Notes: generated from the letters alone by a model not told the origin. DNA of 64,000 nt from Prochlorococcus sp. AG-679-M23 (GCA_003208875.1 QCUR01000006.1:1-64000); one strand, 5' to 3'; numbered from the stretch's first letter, positions 1-9,089 are shown. Numbers and translations: made by a program.

Positions 1-274
1 TTTGCCAGAACCATTGTCTTGATTCTATTTTGTTTTCATATTTTGGTTGAATTTGTACCGGTATGACTTTATTCTTTGGTTCAATTTTCTCCAATTTACT
101 TTTTGTCTTAACAGCATCAAGACTGATCATGAAAATGATTAAAAAAACAATAGAAAACATATAAGCGAAACTATGCAGCGGACTATATTTATTGCCAATG
201 AAACCTGCAGTTTCTAAGGAAATTGCAGCCGCAATCATTAGATCGCTTATAGGAAGTTGAGACCATTTAATCAT
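1..274 (-). CDS. Hypothetical membrane protein, 3' end beyond window edge
   Basis: Hand translation from ATG 274: MIKWSQLPISDLMIAAAISLETAG...YMFSIVFLIIFMISLD..., open to base 1, with a hydrophobic segment. Confidence 0.6.
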   Translation of the reverse strand, partial: MIKWSQLPISDLMIAAAISLETAGFIGNKYSPLHSFAYMFSIVFLIIFMISLDAVKTKSKLEKIEPKNKVIPVQIQPKYENKIESRQWFWQ

Positions 275-440
275 CAATAAAAGATTTAGCTAAAAGAACG
301 ATAAAACACTAAATATAAATTCTCAAGGAGAATGAAACAAATAAAAATAAGAGTTAATTTTAAAAAATATAGGTTGCATTAATATTCTCTTGATAAAATT
401 TAAGATTTATTCAATTTTTATTTTCACATAAGAAAAATTT

Positions 441-854
441 TTGGCAGTATCCTTAATTTATGTAAGTAAAAAAATTCTTGTGAAATTTTTCTCGCATCTA
501 ATCAAGGTAATTTTTAAACCATTGCTGGGATTCGCTAAGTTTTTTACAACAACTTACGGAGTATTCTTAAAGTTTTTTCTTCAATTAAATGGAGGTTATT
601 GGGGAAAAATAGGTATAGGAAAATATTCAAAAATTGAAAGAAAAAGATTTTTTTATATTTTACCTTTTTATATTCTTTTAGCTTTGTTGTTTGGACTTCT
701 TTCTCTCATTTATTGGTATTTTGTTGTGTTATTTATCCCTTTTTGGATAGAAAGATATTTAACAAATACTGCTCAATGGAATAATATTTTTTCTTCGATA
801 ATGGCTTTTGCCATAGTCTGCGGTTGGCTTTTATTACTTTCTAAGGCAAAATAG
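441..854 (+). CDS. Hypothetical membrane protein
   Basis: 137-aa ORF with several hydrophobic helices; start uncertain. Confidence 0.6.
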   Translation: MAVSLIYVSKKILVKFFSHLIKVIFKPLLGFAKFFTTTYGVFLKFFLQLNGGYWGKIGIGKYSKIERKRFFYILPFYILLALLFGLLSLIYWYFVVLFIPFWIERYLTNTAQWNNIFSSIMAFAIVCGWLLLLSKAK

Positions 855-943
855 ATAGAGAATAAGTTACTCTTTGAAATAAAAAAAAGACCCTGCGAAC
901 CTAGGTGATTAGGATGATTTGGCTAATTCATGAATATCAACAT

Positions 944-981
944 GTACGGTTTAAGGAACTACAAGGTACGGGAAGGGGTAA
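944..981. promoter_or_regulatory. Tandem K-box-like sites (GTACGG at 944 and 966)
   Basis: GTACGGTTTAAGGAAC 944-959 reads GTTCCT-TAAA-CCGTAC on the minus strand, resembling the K-box GTTCGG-NNAN-CCNNAC; second GTACGG 22 bp on. Confidence 0.5.
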
Positions 982-994
982 GTATATCTACTTA
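979..994. promoter_or_regulatory. Palindromic operator TAAGTA-TATC-TACTTA
   Basis: Perfect 6-bp arms; the same motif recurs at 10375, 10394, 18109 and 38348. Confidence 0.6.
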
Positions 995-1091
995 TAAGGT
1001 TGAATAGCTTATCTAGAATTATAATATGGTTGTCATAAGACATTTATAGTTATGCAGCTTAAGCCAACCATAGTTTTAAGGGAATCAAATT

Positions 1092-1214
1092 ATGACTCAA
1101 AGAACAATTCAATTAACTAATCATGGATTTTCATTAGTGATTTGGTTTATCGCATTAAATAGTTTATACACCTTATTTTCTACATTTGAAAAAGCATTAA
1201 GTGATTCCGAATAA
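1092..1214 (+). CDS. 40-aa single-TM microprotein
   Basis: MTQRTIQLTNHGFSLVIWFIALNSLYTLFSTFEKALSDSE; AAGGGA upstream, -10-like TAGAAT/TATAAT at 1014-1025, GC hairpin plus T-run at 1267-1292. Confidence 0.6.
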   Translation: MTQRTIQLTNHGFSLVIWFIALNSLYTLFSTFEKALSDSE

Positions 1215-1387
1215 TAGATAATTTAATTAAAAGTTCAAGAAATAAATAGATTATTAGTAATTGGTAGTCAGTGGGCCCACATGTGGCTTTTTATCAATTA
1301 GTTAAATATATATTTAATTTGTATAAAAAGAATATTAATCAGAAAATTAATTAAGAAATTCGTACAGCATTAAAATATTCTATTTAC

Positions 1388-1651
1388 TTACCATTTTGGA
1401 ATAGTTACTTGCCAACCTGAAGTGATTAATTGTTGGTACTCTTTGCGAGCAGCTTCTATTTTAATTTCTTTTCTTGTTTTCATAAGTGGAGGTTTATCAC
1501 CTAATACGTCAACAACAATTCCACTATCAACAAACATATATTCGAAAAACTTATCTTCATTATTTTTATTCTTTGTAAAACGTCTTACTTCTGTCCTGTT
1601 AGGGCATATTAACCATGCTTCCTCTGTTACCTTTCTAGAGTCTTTATCCAT
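1388..1651 (-). CDS. DUF1651-like protein
   Basis: WL...VRRF, FVDSG, PPLMKTR, L..GW...P.W pattern typical of this picocyanobacterial family; AGAGG upstream. Confidence 0.7.
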   Translation of the reverse strand: MDKDSRKVTEEAWLICPNRTEVRRFTKNKNNEDKFFEYMFVDSGIVVDVLGDKPPLMKTRKEIKIEAARKEYQQLITSGWQVTIPKW

Positions 1652-2001
1652 AAATTTCCTCTAGGATTATTAATTCTTTTATTGATATATGATTTTCTTT
1701 CTCTTGCTTCAAGGCATGGATACTCTTACAAGCCTCTATAGTTTCTAAAATTCTAAAATTAATTTCCTCTTTCATTTTCTTTTGCCAATTTTTGAAGAAA
1801 AATAAAATAATCCCATATCAAAATAGTGTTTAATATTTTCTAGTTTAGATTGAAAATTAATTAAAAAATCTTTTATTAAATTTCGCGTTAAAATCTCAAA
1901 TCATCCTCTGAAGAAAAAAAAATAGTTTGGATGTTGTTTTTATGTTTAAGAGGATTAAAGGATTATAATAGAAGTATGATATCGGAGAATATAAATAAGA
2001 T

Positions 2002-2571
2002 TTGAAAAATATTAGTGCTAAAAAAAATAGAGGGAAAACCAAACTAAACCTTGAAGATGATCAGTTATTAGAAATAGTAATTAAATTAAGAGATTTAATG
2101 CCAGAATGGAAGTGGAGTCTTGGCATGATCTATTGCTATGGTTTAAGACCTTCAGAAGTTTTTGGTGCAAAGGTAAATAAAAAAGATAAAACTTGTACGG
2201 TATTAGGACTTAAGGGAGAGGAAGATGAACTTGAGGAAAGGACAGCTTTTACTCTTGAAAAATCCTTAGTGGATATTTTTGATTTAAATAATATAGATAG
2301 ACCTTGGGAATACAATATGAGCGATAAAAAATATAACGCAATTTATTCAAAAATTAAAACAGACCAAATGGGAAAGAGATTAAAGAAAATCATAAAAAAA
2401 GAGAAATTTCCACAATTTACAATCAATATGATTAGGCATAGTTGGGCTAAGAGAGCTATTAAATCAAAAGTTTCTTTATCCGATTGTTCATTATCGATGG
2501 GATACTCAATTGAAGTTTTTCAGGATAAATATCTAAACTCAGTTAAGATAAAAGAATTTGCTGATATGTAA
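2002..2571 (+). CDS. Tyrosine recombinase catalytic domain only (orphan, degenerate motifs)
   Basis: YGLRPSE (box I Arg), IRHSWA (box II), MGYS...KY. Confidence 0.7.
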   Translation: MKNISAKKNRGKTKLNLEDDQLLEIVIKLRDLMPEWKWSLGMIYCYGLRPSEVFGAKVNKKDKTCTVLGLKGEEDELEERTAFTLEKSLVDIFDLNNIDRPWEYNMSDKKYNAIYSKIKTDQMGKRLKKIIKKEKFPQFTINMIRHSWAKRAIKSKVSLSDCSLSMGYSIEVFQDKYLNSVKIKEFADM

Positions 2572-2604
2572 GAAACTAATTAAAGGAGATGAGAGAGGTA
2601 ATAG

Positions 2605-3138
2605 ATGTTTATAAATTATGAATTTTTGAGAAGCTCCATTTTGAATAAAATTCTTGCCCTTATTTTTGTTTTAATTTTTCCTATTCATGCTTACGCTGGT
2701 TTCCCTGAAGGAGAGAATGGCTATGAATTAAAAAAAATAGAACAGTCATTTAAACTTCCATGTAGTGAGATAGGAAAGGATAAATGTCTAGCTAGAGTTA
2801 TTTCTATGGGAGGTTGTATTTTTAGTTTCGAAATTAATAAAGGCAAAGATAATGAAGCTGCCTTAAGAAAATCAGATGAGGTTTTAATTTCACTTTTAGA
2901 TGGAAATAATTTGGATATAAATAATATTTTCGCAAAAGATGGATCAATAAAAAGTGAAATTAGAATAGAAATAATTAGCAGAATAAATTTTTGTAGACAA
3001 GCTATTAAAGAAGCAATTCCTAATTTGGTTAAGTTGCCTGAAGGAATGGAAATGACGGAAGATAGACTTGAGATTTTGGCAGATACCTATCCTCAGTATT
3101 ATTTACATATGTTTGAAAAAACTAGAAAAGGAAATTAA
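2605..3138 (+). CDS. Hypothetical exported protein
   Basis: Signal-peptide-like N-terminus (HAYA), four Cys. Confidence 0.65.
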   Translation: MFINYEFLRSSILNKILALIFVLIFPIHAYAGFPEGENGYELKKIEQSFKLPCSEIGKDKCLARVISMGGCIFSFEINKGKDNEAALRKSDEVLISLLDGNNLDINNIFAKDGSIKSEIRIEIISRINFCRQAIKEAIPNLVKLPEGMEMTEDRLEILADTYPQYYLHMFEKTRKGN

Positions 3139-3199
3139 TTAAGGATGCCATTTCTTAATTAAATTTCTAATATAAACTTTAAAAGAGCTTGAATTAAAA

Positions 3200-3676
3200 A
3201 TGTTTAAAAACCTAATTTTATCTTCTTTTTTACTATTAACTTTAATTGGCATTATCTATCCTACGAAAAAAGAAAATACAAAGCTATTTGATTATTGTTA
3301 TCCTCTTGAAAAAATTCTTTCAAGGAATTCAATACAAAAAAGGAAAAATTTATCCCTGAAAGTTAAGTCAATTTCAAAAGATATTGCAAAAGTTGGGGTT
3401 AGTAAAACTGGAGGGGTCTTAATAAATAAGATGATTGATAAATATAAAACTACTAAGGATTTGCAAATTATAAAACTTATTCCTAATAACCTTTATTGTT
3501 TCTTGGGATATTGGATTGAGAAGGTGAAACCTGGAACTTTTGAATCAATTTTTTATTCGGAAATTAAAAAAGAAATTAATGAATTTATAGATTTGAAAGA
3601 TCAAGTAGATGGAGTATTAAATGAGATTAATTCAGAATATAAATTAATAAAAAAAGAATTTAAGAGTCTTTTTTAA
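3200..3676 (+). CDS. Hypothetical protein with N-terminal membrane anchor
   Basis: 158-aa ORF, hydrophobic N-terminus. Confidence 0.6.
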   Translation: MFKNLILSSFLLLTLIGIIYPTKKENTKLFDYCYPLEKILSRNSIQKRKNLSLKVKSISKDIAKVGVSKTGGVLINKMIDKYKTTKDLQIIKLIPNNLYCFLGYWIEKVKPGTFESIFYSEIKKEINEFIDLKDQVDGVLNEINSEYKLIKKEFKSLF

Positions 3677-3740
3677 GATTTATCAGTGGCATATTTACTT
3701 TTCAGTGGAGTCAAAATTTTCTTAGTAAGAAAATTAGTTG

Positions 3741-4034
3741 TTAATCAGATTCTAATATTTCCGCAGAATCAAAACAGGTATTAACACTAAACCATTTCAT
3801 GGCTGACCAATTGTATTCTTGGTAAGTACCAGCAGCAACACTCACAAAACATTCATTCTCATACCAACTTCGATATCTTGGCTTTAAACCAGTTCCTTTT
3901 AAGCTGTTTGATAAACCTTTTCCATATTTTTGAATAACAAGATTAATAGCTTCATATTCTATTTCTCTTTGTCTGTCATCTGCAAAGACTGGCATTGAAA
4001 TTAAAAATATTGAAGTAAGAAGTATTAGTTTCAT
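3741..4034 (-). CDS. Hypothetical exported protein
   Basis: Signal peptide (PVFA), two Cys. Confidence 0.65.
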   Translation of the reverse strand: MKLILLTSIFLISMPVFADDRQREIEYEAINLVIQKYGKGLSNSLKGTGLKPRYRSWYENECFVSVAAGTYQEYNWSAMKWFSVNTCFDSAEILESD

Positions 4035-4128
4035 ATTAAGAATATATTCTGAATAAAATTTTTATTATTTAAAGTATAAACTTTTTATTTTTGGAATATT
4101 CTATTTACTAAATAAATAAAAATCTAAT

Positions 4129-4353
4129 TTAATTTTTTGAATTTTCTAAAACAGATATTCTATTTTTGACTTCATCTAATTCGTCTAAAATACTTCTATA
4201 TTTTGTTTGATCATTTTTTATGTCTTGAATATAATTCGTTAGGACTTCATTAATTAATTCAACTAACTTTCTATTATTTTCTAATGCTATTTTTTTGAGG
4301 TTTTTTAATAAGTCTGGATTGATATTTATATTTAATTGAGTCCTTTCTGGCAT
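4129..4353 (-). CDS. Ribbon-helix-helix (CopG-like) regulator with C-terminal coiled coil
   Basis: RTQLNININPDLLKNLKKIALENNRKLVELINEVL alternating strand plus two helices. Confidence 0.75.
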   Translation of the reverse strand: MPERTQLNININPDLLKNLKKIALENNRKLVELINEVLTNYIQDIKNDQTKYRSILDELDEVKNRISVLENSKN

Positions 4354-4389
4354 TTAGTTATTTATACTTAGTTTTATTCTATTCATTCC

Positions 4390-4403
4390 GTCTTAATTAA
4401 GAC
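4390..4403. promoter_or_regulatory. Perfect 14-bp palindrome GTCTTAATTAAGAC, candidate operator
   Basis: Lies 37 bp upstream of the RHH start codon. Confidence 0.4.
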
Positions 4404-4565
4404 AATGTGATGATTGTTAAATTTTTATAAATGATTTGGTAGTTATCTATCTTAATAGGCTTTTCAGAATTACTTATTTCTAACTAAAAAGATATAATTA
4501 GTTTTGGAAGTGAATTAACCATTAAATTAAAAAATAATTAAGTTCTTTTAAAAAGGTTAATTTTG

Positions 4566-4608
4566 GTAGGAAACACTACATCAAATATAAGTTTATACTA
4601 ATTAGTTT
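4566..4608 (+). promoter_or_regulatory. NtcA-activated promoter
   Basis: GTA-GGAAACAC-TAC (4566-4579), then 23 nt, then TAGTTT (TAN3T) upstream of hli. Confidence 0.7.
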
Positions 4609-4635
4609 ATGTTTATAAATCCTTTTTACTAAACT

Positions 4636-4764
4636 ATGGAATTCGTTAAAAAATTTATGACCGAAAAAGCTGAAAAGTTTAACGGTAAAGCTGCAATGCT
4701 TGGTATGTTTGCTCTTGTTGGAGCTTACTACTTTACTGGTCAAATCGTTCCAGGTATTTTCTAA
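4636..4764 (+). CDS. hli: High-light inducible protein (42 aa)
   Basis: MEFVKKFMTEKAEKFNGKAAMLGMFALVGAYYFTGQIVPGIF; AExxNGxxAMLG and TGQIxPG motifs; missed by ORF track. Confidence 0.95.
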   Translation: MEFVKKFMTEKAEKFNGKAAMLGMFALVGAYYFTGQIVPGIF

Positions 4765-4791
4765 TTACAAATTACTTTAGGAAAAATTATG

Positions 4792-4815
4792 GGGGCTTAT
4801 CAAGCCCCTTTTTTT
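4792..4815 (+). terminator. Intrinsic terminator of hli
   Basis: GGGGCTT-ATC-AAGCCCC followed by T7. Confidence 0.85.
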
Positions 4816-5079
4816 ATTTATATATTTTGTTGAAAAATTATGGGTAAATTTTGGATATAAAATACTTTTAATTAAAAAGTCAAGGTAAAGTTTTTATCCA
4901 TTTTAGTAATCTATTAAATTACTTAATAAATATAAAAGAAGGAAAAAGATTAAATTTTGGATGTTAAATAATTTCCAACTACTAAATATAAGCTTATTAT
5001 TTTTAATAGAAAAATTTTAGGAAGTGAATAATTTCCATAATATGTCTTAAAAACTCAATCACTATAAAATTCAATTGTT

Positions 5080-5117
5080 GATCCTTTATCCGTATATAAA
5101 TGTTCCTCAAACCGAAC
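5080..5117. promoter_or_regulatory. Tandem K-box-like sites
   Basis: GATCCT-TTAT-CCGTAT (5080-5095) and GTTCCT-CAAA-CCGAAC (5102-5117), 22-bp period. Confidence 0.5.
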
Positions 5118-5180
5118 ATTATTTAAAAGCATAATAAATGATTTCCTAGTTAGAACATAGTAATAGTAGCTAAGATTCAA

Positions 5181-5366
5181 ATGCCTTCAACTCCAATTAA
5201 ATCATGTAAAAAATATGTTTTGAGTTATAAAGATTCATTAAACAAGACATGTCAAGTAGGATTCTATGCCCGCGATGCATACGATTGCCTAATGCTTGCC
5301 CGAGAATTTAATTCTTATATCCATGATCATCCACGCTCTGTAGTCAGAATCCAACAAAAATTTTAG
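5181..5366 (+). CDS. Small hypothetical protein (61 aa)
   Basis: Protein-like composition (FYARDAY...HP..VVRI); tandem sites upstream. Confidence 0.7.
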   Translation: MPSTPIKSCKKYVLSYKDSLNKTCQVGFYARDAYDCLMLAREFNSYIHDHPRSVVRIQQKF

Positions 5367-5558
5367 ATAATTATGAATCTAAAAAAATTGCATTTGGATT
5401 TATTGTTTTAGCAGTTCTATTTGTATTTAGATATTGTCTCAAATTTTAAACTTAAAATAATCAACTGAAGCGAATTATACCTTACAAAGAGAAGTATAAA
5501 AAGAAAGCCACAGACAAATAGAAAATATATTTAAAATATAAAAAATTTGATTTTAACT

Positions 5559-5702
5559 ATGAACGTTTACGTATTTTGGATATTGTTTTTTGGGTTGTGG
5601 GGAATTGTTCCTTTAATGATTATAAAAGGTAGAACAGATGAAAAAACAAAAATAAAAACAGTCCCAGAAGTTAAAGCCAAGAAAAAAGGTTGGTTTAACT
5701 AA
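5559..5702 (+). CDS. 47-aa TM microprotein
   Basis: MNVYVFWILFFGLWGIVPLMIIKGRTDEK...KKKGWFN. Confidence 0.65.
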   Translation: MNVYVFWILFFGLWGIVPLMIIKGRTDEKTKIKTVPEVKAKKKGWFN

Positions 5703-5812
5703 AAAATTTTATAAAGTAATCTAATCAATATAAATTAGTTATTTGAAAACTTATCGAGCTTTAAAAAAAACTCGAAATTTTACTTTTCAAGGGTTTAAAA
5801 ATATTTAATATT

Positions 5813-6445
5813 TTATGGGTTAGCTAAGCGTGAAATATAATTTTCAAGTTTACCAGCATTAATCCAACCAGTTGCAACAGTTTTAACATCAGTTTTGTTA
5901 ACTCTTCCACGATGAATATGCGATATACCTGCCGGGAAAATAATAAGTTTCCCCCTCTCAGCTATTTCATGATGATTTTGCCAATGAAATTCAGTTCCGC
6001 CAGAATTAACATCATTACAATAAAGAATCCATGCTAAGACTCTATTAACAGGCTCTGTAGCTTCATTACTAATAGTCCAATCGCAATGCCATTTTTTAAA
6101 TCCCTCACCTGGTGCATAACGTTGTAAATTAAATATTGGGTTAACGAATAAAGATTGTTCTGGACAGCATTCTTTTATTAGAGGGTGATCCTCAAGATAT
6201 TTATTTAGTGCTGCATTAACTCCTCTTATTATAACTTCAGAGATTGCGAAGGCTTCTGGATCTGACCTATCTATTGAGACAAGACTAATATCAGTAGATA
6301 CTTTATATGGTTCTGAATTCAAAGAAGTGCTTTGTCCGAAAGCAATACCATTAGTATGTAAGTCTTTGCGGCGGTCAAAGAAAGAAATCGCACCATCAGC
6401 TACAGCCTCGAATCCTGAATTTTTATATTTTCCAATTAGTTCCAT
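5813..6445 (-). CDS. 2OG-Fe(II) oxygenase
   Basis: WHCD (HxD), YCND..GGTEF, HIHRG distal His, K.VATGW. Confidence 0.9.
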   Translation of the reverse strand: MELIGKYKNSGFEAVADGAISFFDRRKDLHTNGIAFGQSTSLNSEPYKVSTDISLVSIDRSDPEAFAISEVIIRGVNAALNKYLEDHPLIKECCPEQSLFVNPIFNLQRYAPGEGFKKWHCDWTISNEATEPVNRVLAWILYCNDVNSGGTEFHWQNHHEIAERGKLIIFPAGISHIHRGRVNKTDVKTVATGWINAGKLENYISRLANP

Positions 6446-6540
6446 AAAAAGTATTAGTCTTGATTTATCGTAAATAATCCTTTAATCATATCTTTCAGAT
6501 AACCCTTTATTTTATTTATCTTTCTATTTAAAATATATTA

Positions 6541-7122
6541 ATGGAACCTCTTGAAAAATTTCTTTTTTTAGTTGTGGTTGGAGGTAGATCTCCTAAAGCA
6601 AATATCGAACTGCATGACGTTAGGTGGGTCATAGGTTCAAAAATTGAGGACACCTTTGATCAATTAAGAAATGATTGGTTTGGAGCTGATAATGGCTTAC
6701 ATATAGATAGTTATAAAAAAATTGATTCAATTGATGGTTATAAAATAAATCTTAGAAATAAAGAGAGTAATGTACCAAAAAATAAGATATTTAAAAAAGA
6801 TAAAATACCCAATAAAAAATTATGGTTTGTAAATATTGGAGGATACGATCCAAGATCTATGCAAGAAAAACATGAATTTGGACTTATTGTGGCTTCTAGT
6901 CCATCAGAGGCCAAAAATAAAGCTAAATCAAAATGGCTTATTGACTGTAAAAAAAGACATAAAGATGATATTTCTGCTCTTAAAAAGTTTGCTGATGTAG
7001 ATGATTGTGAAGTTATTAACAATATAAAAAATTGGGAAATAGAATTAATACCAAATTATTATCATGTAGAAGAAGAAAATATCCCTGACTGGTTTGGATA
7101 TATGAGAATTGATAAAAAGTAA
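6541..7122 (+). CDS. DUF1543 family protein
   Basis: GG..PKANIELHD, WFG...GLHID, FVNIGGYDP..MQEKH, HKDD. Confidence 0.85.
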   Translation: MEPLEKFLFLVVVGGRSPKANIELHDVRWVIGSKIEDTFDQLRNDWFGADNGLHIDSYKKIDSIDGYKINLRNKESNVPKNKIFKKDKIPNKKLWFVNIGGYDPRSMQEKHEFGLIVASSPSEAKNKAKSKWLIDCKKRHKDDISALKKFADVDDCEVINNIKNWEIELIPNYYHVEEENIPDWFGYMRIDKK

Positions 7123-7173
7123 ATTTATTTATAGAAAAAAGCTTAAAAAAATCAGAACTAAAAATTTTGACCA

Positions 7174-7374
7174 TTAACTAATATTATTAAATCCACCACT
7201 AACTAAGAATATAATTGTACCTAGTGCCATCGTTACTACACCCATATAAGGATATTTTTTTATTGTTGTTTTGGTAATAGGAAGCCAAGAAAGATATCTA
7301 TTTGATTCTTTTTTATCGATTATTTGTTTTCTTGGAGGGATACCTAAAACTTGTCTTCTTTTTGCTTCGCCCAT
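7174..7374 (-). CDS. DUF2839-like small membrane protein
   Basis: MGEAKRR..LG.PP start, WLPIT, C-terminal TM. Confidence 0.8.
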   Translation of the reverse strand: MGEAKRRQVLGIPPRKQIIDKKESNRYLSWLPITKTTIKKYPYMGVVTMALGTIIFLVSGGFNNIS

Positions 7375-7462
7375 ATTTTTAATTGTTCAAAACTCAATTT
7401 TAAAATTTAAGTTACAAATATGCGAGTTATTCAATGGATTACTTCTTTGTATTCCTTTTCAT

Positions 7463-7705
7463 TTAATCTGAAATCCAACTTGTGATTTTTTTAGTATTAT
7501 AAAAAATTTGAACTTCTGCTTCTATATTTTTAATTGTTTTTGGATCAGAAAATAAATATTTAATGACTCCTACTGCGGCTTGCTTAATAATAATGACTTC
7601 TTTAAGATCCGCTAAACTTTTTCTTATATAAAGAGGAGATAATTCTAAAGTTTTGTGAAATTTATCTATCTTTAGACTATGAAAAAATTTAACCCATACT
7701 TCAAA
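7463..7705 (-). pseudogene. 80-codon open frame without an in-frame ATG/GTG/TTG; possible frameshifted gene
   Basis: FEVWVKFFHSLKIDKFHKTLELSPLYIRK...KKITSWISD*; an out-of-frame TTG at 7704 joins it via a T6 run. Confidence 0.35.
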
Positions 7706-7805
7706 TCAATTTAGAATTTCAAAGGTGCAAACATTAGTTTAAATAGTAATAAAAAATTAGATGATAAATAACCATTATTTTAGATCCGCTTTCAATTAAT
7801 AAAAC

Positions 7806-9008
7806 TTACAAACTTGACTTTCTTAAGAAATAAATTCCACCACCCATAGATATTAATACAGGTAGCCAAGTTGCAATTATTGGACTGAACAATCCTTTTA
7901 CTCCCAATGAACTGAATACAAACGAAATTACATAATAGAATAATATAAGAATAACGCTTAATCCAAATCCCTGACTTTTGGAAGATCTTAAATTAGATTT
8001 AGATCCTAGGCTACTTCCGATTAATCCGAATACTAAGCAAGCGCAAGGTAAAGTAAATTTTTCTTGGATACGAACTTGGATTCTTCTTATTTCTTTTAAA
8101 TTTCCTGTCTCTTTATATATTCTCTCAGCTTCTAAGGCTTGCTTAAGAGACATTTCAGTAGCATCTTTTGGGATTCTTGCTAAATCTAGAGGCCCTTCGA
8201 CAAATGGATACCTATATTTTTCAAATTGAATATTAGTAGTTTGCCCGCCTTGGTCAATTGAGACAATACTGCCATTTGAAAATATCCAGGAGGAGTTTTT
8301 TTTATCAAATACCGCACTTTTGGCTTTTAAAATTTGTTGTATATCTTGTCTCGAAAAATCCAAAACTGTAACTTCCTGCATAATATTATTTTCGAACAAA
8401 GATGCATAAAATATATGCGTAAGGAATTGATTAGTCTTTGTGGGCTTATTTGTTACAGAGTCTATTTTTGAACCATATCTAGAGAACATAATATTATCTT
8501 TCCCTTTTTCACTACTAAAAGAACTTCCAATGCCAGTTCTTAAGGTTGATTCTGCTAACTTATTGCTTGCAGGCACCAAGTTATCGTTGAAATAAAAAGT
8601 TAAGCCCGTCATAAATATTGAAACAGCAATAGCAGGAGCAATAATTCTTGAGGTTTTTATACCTAAAGATTTCAATGCTAATAATTCAGAATTAGCTGAT
8701 AATTTCCCATAAGCTAATAATGTAGACAATAAAACTGCCATTGGGAATGATAAAACTAGAAAACTAGGAAGACTATAGAAAAGAACTTTTATAGCTAAAA
8801 ATAAAGGCAATCCAAATTCAACTATTTTTCTTATTAGATCAAACATCACACCGACTGATAATGAAATAACAGTAAAAGCAGAGATGGCAAATAGCATTGG
8901 AGGTAATATTTGTGCTATTAACCATCTATCCATTAATGGGATGGATTTCCAAGGTGAAGTGACTTGACGGATAAATTTTTTAAGAGGTGATTTGGTTTTG
9001 GTTTGCAA
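7806..9008 (-). CDS. LptF/LptG (YjgP/YjgQ) family permease
   Basis: MDRWL, PMAVLLSTLLAYGKLSANSELLALKSLG, 3+3 TM layout, WLP. Confidence 0.9.
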   Translation of the reverse strand: MQTKTKSPLKKFIRQVTSPWKSIPLMDRWLIAQILPPMLFAISAFTVISLSVGVMFDLIRKIVEFGLPLFLAIKVLFYSLPSFLVLSFPMAVLLSTLLAYGKLSANSELLALKSLGIKTSRIIAPAIAVSIFMTGLTFYFNDNLVPASNKLAESTLRTGIGSSFSSEKGKDNIMFSRYGSKIDSVTNKPTKTNQFLTHIFYASLFENNIMQEVTVLDFSRQDIQQILKAKSAVFDKKNSSWIFSNGSIVSIDQGGQTTNIQFEKYRYPFVEGPLDLARIPKDATEMSLKQALEAERIYKETGNLKEIRRIQVRIQEKFTLPCACLVFGLIGSSLGSKSNLRSSKSQGFGLSVILILFYYVISFVFSSLGVKGLFSPIIATWLPVLISMGGGIYFLRKSSL

Positions 9009-9089
9009 AAGAAATTTATTTATTAAATTTTAAATAGTTTTTAAGATTATAAAATACTAATCATATTGAGACCATCTTTACTCTTTTAT

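Noticed and set aside
880..943. Possible minus-strand sRNA ending in a T-run
   Set aside because: Only a 3-bp stem precedes the U-run; the GC-rich part upstream is better explained by binding sites
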